Source: a virus. From it: a stretch of DNA of 64,000 bases. Location: IMG/VR virus record IMGVR_UViG_3300027792_000011; one strand, written 5' to 3'. The notes beneath the pieces were generated by a model. The model was given only the letters and a program-made list of their open reading frames with translations, did no database searches and was not told the origin of the DNA. This document shows, one piece after another, positions 57,980-64,000 of the stretch. A program made the translations under genes and the position numbers. The stretch's first letter is position 1; every line of letters starts with the position of its first letter.

Positions 57980-59125
57980 ATGGGGAAGAAACATAGACCG
58001 CGGCCAATGCTCCTGAGCGAGCCCACCATACCAGTCAGATCGATATTCATAGGAGCAACAAAAGCTCACTTCAACGCGACTATCTTCAAGACAGAAGCTA
58101 GTCTCAATTGCAGTTTGGTGGAATGGTCAAGGGAGCTGATGTTGGACTTTCAGTATCGATTGAGTGACGAACCGGATCTACATAGGATCGTATACACCTT
58201 TGTCGACACGTTCGTGCACTTGCACAACACGGCCCCTTCTACTAAGGAGATCGTCGACACACTGATCGTAACGAGCAGTCACTCTGAGACTGGTATACGT
58301 GGATCACTATCCAGGCTTGTAGAGGCTGGATTTCTGACTAGACCTGCTAGAGAGTACTATTGGCCAGCTGACATTGCTTTCGTGAAGGAGTGTAATCTGC
58401 CGGAGGTGCTGATGAAGAATGGATCTAACGGAAAAGGGAAAAGAAGTTCTCGCCGATCGCATAATGCAGGCGCTAAGGGAGAACCTGCTCGAGATCATAC
58501 GCCAGCCATTCACGGAGGAGAAGATCAGGAGTCGAGTACTCGAAGTGATCAAAAGGACTCTCTCGACGGACTCACCCTTGTTGCTGTCGGACCTCCGCGA
58601 CTGTCACAACCCAGCACTGGATGTGCTGGAGGAAATGGACATCCAGATAGAGCAGATTCAGGACACGTTTCTGATCACCCTGAAACGAAAGTGAATAACA
58701 AAGCCGATGTGCTCTATATGGATGAACGGACGTATGAGAGTCTCTGTGGAATGAGTGATAGCCCTGCGATTGTGAAGGGACCACAAATGTCCAAGAAGAC
58801 GATAGACGTGAAGAACGAGATGGAACGAAAGAAGGTCAAGTTCAAGGAGCTGATAGAGCGGTACGACTTTCCTTCTGACAGTATACGAGAAGCGGTAGCG
58901 AGGATGCTCAGCGAAGAGGAAAAGCTGTTCCTCTACTGCAATCACATGTTCGATAGCTCCCACTTCGGGGATGCAGATATTGTGATCATGGGGCCGGATA
59001 GAACATTCAAGGCCTACAACCCGCCAGGGTACATAGGTGATCTACCTTCCATGCGGAAGCAACTAGTCGGCGAAGTTGATGTAGATGACGTGGTGAAGGA
59101 ACTGTTGATCCAAGGACCACGATGA
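57980..59125 (+). CDS. Winged-HTH protein reading through a disordered linker into a C-terminal domain (which may also start independently at GTG 58691)
   Basis: PSTKEIVDTL..GSLSRLVEAGFLTR; linker contains a tail-tube-like peptide. Confidence 0.55.
   Translation: MGKKHRPRPMLLSEPTIPVRSIFIGATKAHFNATIFKTEASLNCSLVEWSRELMLDFQYRLSDEPDLHRIVYTFVDTFVHLHNTAPSTKEIVDTLIVTSSHSETGIRGSLSRLVEAGFLTRPAREYYWPADIAFVKECNLPEVLMKNGSNGKGKRSSRRSHNAGAKGEPARDHTPAIHGGEDQESSTRSDQKDSLDGLTLVAVGPPRLSQPSTGCAGGNGHPDRADSGHVSDHPETKVNNKADVLYMDERTYESLCGMSDSPAIVKGPQMSKKTIDVKNEMERKKVKFKELIERYDFPSDSIREAVARMLSEEEKLFLYCNHMFDSSHFGDADIVIMGPDRTFKAYNPPGYIGDLPSMRKQLVGEVDVDDVVKELLIQGPR
58419..58694 (+). CDS. Overlapping 91-aa helical protein (sheath C-terminal-domain-like pattern)
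   Basis: GGAGGTG upstream; protein-like composition; its TGA overlaps GTG 58691. Confidence 0.55.
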   Translation: MDLTEKGKEVLADRIMQALRENLLEIIRQPFTEEKIRSRVLEVIKRTLSTDSPLLLSDLRDCHNPALDVLEEMDIQIEQIQDTFLITLKRK

Positions 59126-59134
59126 GGAGACGAC

Positions 59135-59833
59135 ATGAGTGAGATACAGCTGATGAAGGATGGTAGATGGAGACGAGCTACCGTCAATTTCAAGAATTCG
59201 GTTGAGCAGGTGAAAGTGATCTGCGCGCATGCTCGAACTTGTGAGATCGATGCGTTCAATAAGATCATAGCTAAGCTCAAGGAGCTTGGACATGATCTTG
59301 CAATAACAGATCGGTCTAAGGAAACAATTACGTGGGTGGAGATCGCTACTGCTGATCGGATCGCAAAGGTAGAATTTGCAGTAGACGGGGATGGGTACGT
59401 TGGCAAGCTCAAGCTCAGCATGGGCGGGAACTACAGTATGAAGGTCAGCGGGTTCCGTCGGCAGTACAAGTACGACTACTGCGCAGGAGACGCCTCACCC
59501 AAGTTCTACACTGCTATCGATGAGGGGCTCAAGAGCCTCAATGGTGCCGGTGAGCGTGAGAAGCAGTTGAGGGACGAAGAGAAGGACACTAAGGAGATGA
59601 TCGAGAGGACCATACGCAATCTAGAGCACTTGATCGTGAGCGACTTCGGTAGTAGAGTAGTGGTGAAACTAGATCCAGAAACTCCCCTAGAGTCTGCAGT
59701 CAACTTTTTCGTGAAGGGGAGTATCATTTCCGTCGATCTCAAATTGACGGCAAAAGCGATAGACTTCCAGGAGTTGGTAGCTACGGTGAGGGCTTTGAAA
59801 AAGCATACGAAGCTTGCTGTCAGATGTGATTGA
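59135..59833 (+). CDS. Hypothetical protein
   Basis: GAGGAG RBS. Confidence 0.65.
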   Translation: MSEIQLMKDGRWRRATVNFKNSVEQVKVICAHARTCEIDAFNKIIAKLKELGHDLAITDRSKETITWVEIATADRIAKVEFAVDGDGYVGKLKLSMGGNYSMKVSGFRRQYKYDYCAGDASPKFYTAIDEGLKSLNGAGEREKQLRDEEKDTKEMIERTIRNLEHLIVSDFGSRVVVKLDPETPLESAVNFFVKGSIISVDLKLTAKAIDFQELVATVRALKKHTKLAVRCD

Positions 59834-59853
59834 AAGAGACAGGGAGGAGTTAG

Positions 59854-60750
59854 ATGGTTGATCGTAGGCTGGTTGAGCAGTTTGCCAAAGCGGGTTTGCA
59901 TCTTGAGATGCAGAGCAAGCCGATCAGGAACGGTCGGGGAATGGACTTGATCTTCCAGATCGACATCCAGCGTAGGTTCAAAGGTAACGAGAGGGGAGAG
60001 TACTTTAGGATCTATCCCGGAAAGGATACTGTGATTCAGGTCCGGGATACTGATCGGGAGATCAACCAGTTGGTTCTATTGGTTGCTGAGCCCGTTCGTG
60101 AATTTGAGGAGGAGATCAGGCGGCATCGTAGTGAGTCTGATGCTCGTTGGCATGAGCAAGTTGCAAAAGTGAAGATCGCTAAGAGTACGCGTATCATTTC
60201 TGTGACTGAAAAGTCGATCCGGCTGGCTAGGAAGACTTCAGAAGAAAAGCGATACTTCCTCATGGGTGTGGATGAGCGTCAGCTGTTCATTGCTCAGCTG
60301 AATGACGCTTGTACCAGTGTCAAACAGGCCTGCGACAGCTTGGGACGTACCGTACAGCTTGTTGAGGGTACGAGGCGAAACACCCGACAGGGAGAGTGGT
60401 TCTTCCTTGAGACGAAGGAGACTGTGAGAGACGCTATCGACGCCGGTATCAAAGATGGTAGCGTCATCGTCAGGAAGAAGACGGCTATCAGCGAAGCTAT
60501 GAAACATCGCCGTGGCGGTAAGCCGCACATGGCTGATGAGATTGCGATCCGAAAAAGCTCATCGAAGTTGGAACACGGATACGCCGTCCGTACGTACGAC
60601 TACTTCGTACGCGGAAAGATAACACATCCGGATCACAAGACTGTCTCGTTCAAGCAATGGCGACAAGTCATTGCCAACAACGAAGCGGGTGTGGTTAGCA
60701 GTGAGAGAGGAGCTAGGATCAGGAGCACAGGAGTCTTCTGGTTCGACTAG
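59854..60750 (+). CDS. Phage hypothetical protein (RQGEWFF, HPDH motifs)
   Basis: GGAGGAG RBS; hairpin downstream at 60771-60797. Confidence 0.7.
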   Translation: MVDRRLVEQFAKAGLHLEMQSKPIRNGRGMDLIFQIDIQRRFKGNERGEYFRIYPGKDTVIQVRDTDREINQLVLLVAEPVREFEEEIRRHRSESDARWHEQVAKVKIAKSTRIISVTEKSIRLARKTSEEKRYFLMGVDERQLFIAQLNDACTSVKQACDSLGRTVQLVEGTRRNTRQGEWFFLETKETVRDAIDAGIKDGSVIVRKKTAISEAMKHRRGGKPHMADEIAIRKSSSKLEHGYAVRTYDYFVRGKITHPDHKTVSFKQWRQVIANNEAGVVSSERGARIRSTGVFWFD

Positions 60751-60850
60751 AACGTATACCCACCTATCCAGGGGCCTCGAGTTCTTCGAGCGCCCTTTCA
60801 TTACGTAGTCATGATCAGCTAAGGGAAATGGCACAGAAGTGTGCCTGGGG

Positions 60851-61432
60851 TTAGCGTGCGATGAAGTGAGGTTCGCGACAATGGTAGCAGTTCGCTTTTG
60901 CCACTGCTGCCGCGATGGCATCGGTGAAACATTTGATTGATTCTGGAAGGGTTTCGTCATAGTACCCCTTCCAGATCGTTTTTTCCACGATTTCAAGTGT
61001 CAAGTCTGGGTGTAGGTGACAGCTGCAGCCAATGATCTGAATCCAGTCTTCACACGCTCTCACTTCCACTACCATGATCGTATCGAAGGCAGAAACAGGA
61101 ACTGAGAAAAGGGCATGTATACCGTTCGATAGGTGTCCACTACGAGGAATGTGATACGGATGAATGGGGAGACCATCCGGGTAGCACATCACTGTTGCGT
61201 CCCCGGAGTTGGACATACCACCACCGTATTCACGGCAGTTGATGGCGATGCCCATCTTGTAGTCCTTCAATTCCGGTGGGGATGTGTACACTACACGATA
61301 GTCATCCGTATCGTTGTGCTTCGGTAGTTCGACGATCAAACCACCGTGCACGAGCTTAGTGGAAATGCCAGCCTTAGCCAGCATTTCAGCCAATGCAAGA
61401 TCTTCCCCAAATACTTTGGCTACGAGATGCAT
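60851..61432 (-). CDS. Cassette protein with C-terminal CYHC..H motif
   Basis: Promoter AGAAAT-17-TATAAG (61481-61509); hairpin + TTAGCT (60817). Confidence 0.75.
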   Translation of the reverse strand: MHLVAKVFGEDLALAEMLAKAGISTKLVHGGLIVELPKHNDTDDYRVVYTSPPELKDYKMGIAINCREYGGGMSNSGDATVMCYPDGLPIHPYHIPRSGHLSNGIHALFSVPVSAFDTIMVVEVRACEDWIQIIGCSCHLHPDLTLEIVEKTIWKGYYDETLPESIKCFTDAIAAAVAKANCYHCREPHFIAR

Positions 61433-61541
61433 TCTCTTTGCCTTGTCCTTTGAGCGAGTAGGGATCTCTCACTCATAATCCTTATATACTGATCTATGCC
61501 GTAATTTCTATGATCAGCTAAGGAATGAACGGAAGGTGGGA

Positions 61542-61721
61542 CTAGATGGGGATGAGGACATTGATGGGGCCGAAGGCAAACTGGTAGTAGCATCCAGGCA
61601 TGCCACTTTCCAGCTGCCTAAAACTGCTAGGGGCGGGAAGAACCCAGACGTGGACCGGCCTTGGCTCTTGCAACCTGATGAGCAGGCTGTAGAGCCGATC
61701 GCTATCAACTACAAGTGTCAT
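61542..61721 (-). CDS. 59-aa cassette protein
   Basis: AGAAAGGA RBS; own promoter. Confidence 0.65.
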   Translation of the reverse strand: MTLVVDSDRLYSLLIRLQEPRPVHVWVLPAPSSFRQLESGMPGCYYQFAFGPINVLIPI

Positions 61722-61727
61722 ATGTGT

Positions 61728-61790
61728 TTCCTTTCTACTGATCTTATATACTGATCTATACATGGATTTCTGTGATCAGCTAAGGAAATT
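61728..61790 (-). repeat. Conserved cassette junction
   Basis: Near-identical to 18320-18382; partial copy at 61480-61525. Confidence 0.9.
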
Positions 61791-61816
61791 GGCTCGAAGT
61801 GAGCCTAGGTAGGGAT

Positions 61817-62059
61817 CTAGCGGAGACAGATACAATCTGCTCCGCCATCATCAGGCGTGCACCAACAATACCTGGCCCCCACATCAGGGGGCCAGCCCTC
61901 CTGGTATTTCAACTGACCTCTCTCGTCGACCCCAGCACAGAACAGCTCTGTGCCTGCCGGGGTAGTTCGTCCCCTGATAGCCCAGTAGCCCCCTCCGGTT
62001 GCTGGGACGATCAGCCCGTCGACCCAATAAGATGACGGGCGCGTCGGGAACGGTTTCAT
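61817..62059 (-). CDS. Cys-containing cassette protein
   Basis: GGGGGA RBS; UUCG hairpin + TTAGCT downstream. Confidence 0.6.
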   Translation of the reverse strand: MKPFPTRPSSYWVDGLIVPATGGGYWAIRGRTTPAGTELFCAGVDERGQLKYQEGWPPDVGARYCWCTPDDGGADCICLR

Positions 62060-62104
62060 GACTTCCCCCCGACATTGTAATCATCCCACTTACCAAAGTT
62101 TGCT

Positions 62105-62377
62105 TCACTCATTCTTGAATCCTTCTGTAAGGGCAAGTCCACGACGCACGAGCCGATCCAAATAACCCAATGTTGACGGTGGTACGTTGAGCAGCTCGTT
62201 ACAAGGAGGACCGCACGATTGCCCTCCCTGGTGAATTCGATAAGCACGGACCTCTTCTAGATCTCGCTTGAGCACAACGAACAGGTTCCTGATGACGTGG
62301 TGCGTTGCCCGCTCGCATGCCATAGCCCATATTTCTGCTGGAGTTTCCTCACAATCTATACTGTTATTGTTATTCAA
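62105..62377 (-). CDS. Hypothetical protein
   Basis: GGAGG + TTG start in the frame of track ORF 62105..62521. Confidence 0.45.
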   Translation of the reverse strand: MNNNNSIDCEETPAEIWAMACERATHHVIRNLFVVLKRDLEEVRAYRIHQGGQSCGPPCNELLNVPPSTLGYLDRLVRRGLALTEGFKNE

Positions 62378-62708
62378 GTTTCCTCCATGCCCCTTTCTCG
62401 GGCTCGGCCTCAAACGATGGCACACCATCCCACGTCGCACCGCAACGACAACATTGACCACCGTTACCATCGGAGCCTTGCCAGAAGTTAGCTTCGGTCC
62501 TGCAAGAAAAACACACGCCATCGATCCAAGTCAGGTCGGTACCTTTTCCAACGTGGTGAATATCGATGACGTCCTGAAACGTCTCGTACGTTTGGAAGCT
62601 TGGATGCTGCCCCAGCCATCGCAGAACGGCTGCACCATCTCGGAATAGCACACCCGCTGCGACGGTATTACCATCGCGGATCAGAGAAAATCTCAAGGAA
62701 TCGGTCAT
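62370..62708 (-). CDS. Phage hypothetical protein + Zn ribbon
   Basis: VAAGVLFRDG..LRW..IH; CFSC..CCRC; GAGGAG RBS. Confidence 0.65.
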   Translation of the reverse strand: MTDSLRFSLIRDGNTVAAGVLFRDGAAVLRWLGQHPSFQTYETFQDVIDIHHVGKGTDLTWIDGVCFSCRTEANFWQGSDGNGGQCCRCGATWDGVPSFEAEPEKGAWRKLE

Positions 62709-62772
62709 TGAAATAGCTCTCCTCTAACTACTACTAACACCTGGCCACATGTATTTTAGTCCGCCCCTTTCG

Positions 62773-63099
62773 TCAACTCCGGCACACCACAAATCCGTAC
62801 TTCCCACCGACATTACTCATGTAGGTGTCCTCCTCTGCGGGATCGATGAAGAAGGTTTTGGGGCACGGCAGTCCCTTCCAGAGCCACCTACCGCACTTAC
62901 CTGGAGTCTCATCGGGGCAGTGTATCCTATCCCCAAACGATCCCGTTGGGCATACCTCGTTGCCCCTATCCCTACTCCAAAGCACGGCGTCTCCGAAAGC
63001 AGCCCCTACTAGCTGCTCACTAGTCGGCCGCGATCCACATTCCGGGCAGGATCTAGATATTGGTCGGAATCCACAATCACAGTTCCATCTATTGTTCAT
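62773..63099 (-). CDS. Cys-rich cassette protein
   Basis: AGAAAGGA RBS; TATAAG at 63123; CDC..CPEC. Confidence 0.65.
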   Translation of the reverse strand: MNNRWNCDCGFRPISRSCPECGSRPTSEQLVGAAFGDAVLWSRDRGNEVCPTGSFGDRIHCPDETPGKCGRWLWKGLPCPKTFFIDPAEEDTYMSNVGGKYGFVVCRS

Positions 63100-63188
63100 C
63101 TTCGTTATTCCTTTCTACTATTCTTATACCAGTGATCGAGGTCGTAATGTTACGTAGCTAAGGAAATTGGGGAGAACTCCCCTAGAAT

Positions 63189-63443
63189 CTAGCGATCTTT
63201 CGCATTCGGGGGCGGGCGGAACGTGGCGCTTCCGTGCAGGAAGGCTTGCGTCAGCGGGATGTCGACGAGGGTGATGGAGAAGTGATCACCGGTTTCGGTG
63301 ACATTTCCGAGGCAGGAGGTAGTTACTGCGAAGCCGTCTGGTACTGTTTTGACTTCGAGCAGACCTAGCGACGGCGTAGCTAGGCAGAAGTTCAGCGCTG
63401 CTTCATAGGTCACAAACTTGGCCACGGTTTTTGGTTTCGGCAT
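63189..63443 (-). CDS. 84-aa cassette protein
   Basis: AGAAAGGA RBS; promoter GAAAAT-17-TATAAG (63493-63521); hairpin + TTAGCT (63156). Confidence 0.7.
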   Translation of the reverse strand: MPKPKTVAKFVTYEAALNFCLATPSLGLLEVKTVPDGFAVTTSCLGNVTETGDHFSITLVDIPLTQAFLHGSATFRPPPNAKDR

Positions 63444-63595
63444 TGGTCTCAGTCCTTTCTTTTTCGAGGTTAGACCTTTCCCGATCGTAATTCTTATATA
63501 CAGACTGTGATCAGTATTTTCACATAACGAGCTAAAAGGAGGGCTTTTGAAGACCCTCCGGAGACCTGGAACTAGGATTCCAGGCTCCAGCTTGC

Positions 63596-63931
63596 TTACA
63601 GCGGGTAGCCGTCCGATCCCGCTGTGATCGTATCTCCCACGGCGCGACCGCCGTGAGACGACACTATCACATAGCTCGTCGTCTTCGGATCGAAGATGGC
63701 CACTTCGCAGAAGCGGTGGATCAGATGGTGTGCCAGTATGAACGCAACCGGCAGCGATGCCGGTCCATTCACAAGGCACAGCGCTCCACCAGGGATCGTG
63801 TTGGCGGAGGGAGAGCGCATGAACGCATCCACTTCCGCCACGATCTGGTTGTTCTGTGCTGGTTTGCCGAAGCCCACGCGAAGCAGGGTCACTCCGCCTT
63901 CGGACTCGATCACAATAGAATAGTGTTCCAT
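63596..63931 (-). CDS. csx3: Csx3/Crn3-family cyclic oligoadenylate ring nuclease
   Basis: GFGKPAQNNQIV, NGPASLPVAFILAHHLIH, VAIFDPK and YVIVSSH match the Csx3 pattern; AAGGAGG RBS; hairpin + TTAGCT at 63530. Confidence 0.75.
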   Translation of the reverse strand: MEHYSIVIESEGGVTLLRVGFGKPAQNNQIVAEVDAFMRSPSANTIPGGALCLVNGPASLPVAFILAHHLIHRFCEVAIFDPKTTSYVIVSSHGGRAVGDTITAGSDGYPL

Positions 63932-64000
63932 TGGAACCTCCTTGATCTGGCACTGCCAGGGAGTTGCCTAGTACTTCCCCAGAAAGTGCACCCGTCCCTT

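Noticed and set aside
63189-63953. 254-aa track ORF
   Set aside because: It runs across the Csx3 gene, a terminator and a promoter. The plausible start is 63443.
1-64000. Stop-codon reassignment
   Set aside because: TAG, TGA and TAA all end full-length, tightly packed genes under the standard code.

Overview
This window is a 64 kb piece of a large tailed bacteriophage genome (contractile tail), not a bacterial chromosome. Left two thirds (+ strand): the C-terminal part of a probable portal gene, a 2058-aa single-chain beta-beta' RNA polymerase, baseplate spike, terminase large subunit, prohead protease, major capsid protein, neck genes, tail sheath and tail tube. Many head-associated proteins here are built from K-x-A-delimited modules, and several share an F-x-D-E-[LM]-x-K-[IL]-A motif. 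Right third: short hypothetical genes. Islands of minus-strand cassettes are scattered through the window (about 1.1-1.4, 14.5-16.1, 17.9-19.5, 41.9-42.7, 47.4-47.9 and 60.8-64 kb). They share one layout: promoter (A-rich -35, 17 nt, TATAAG/GATAAG), RBS, small gene, hairpin, pyrimidine tract, TTAGCT. Cargo includes a Csx3/Crn3-like ring nuclease (candidate anti-type III CRISPR), a very acidic 39-aa peptide, a ~410-nt structured ncRNA and an ORF-less ~50-nt unit. Other oddities: a tail-tube peptide re-encoded with different codons in an overlapping frame at 58.6 kb, apparent absence of TTAA, and abundant GATC. All calls come from reading motifs by eye; no database searches were run.
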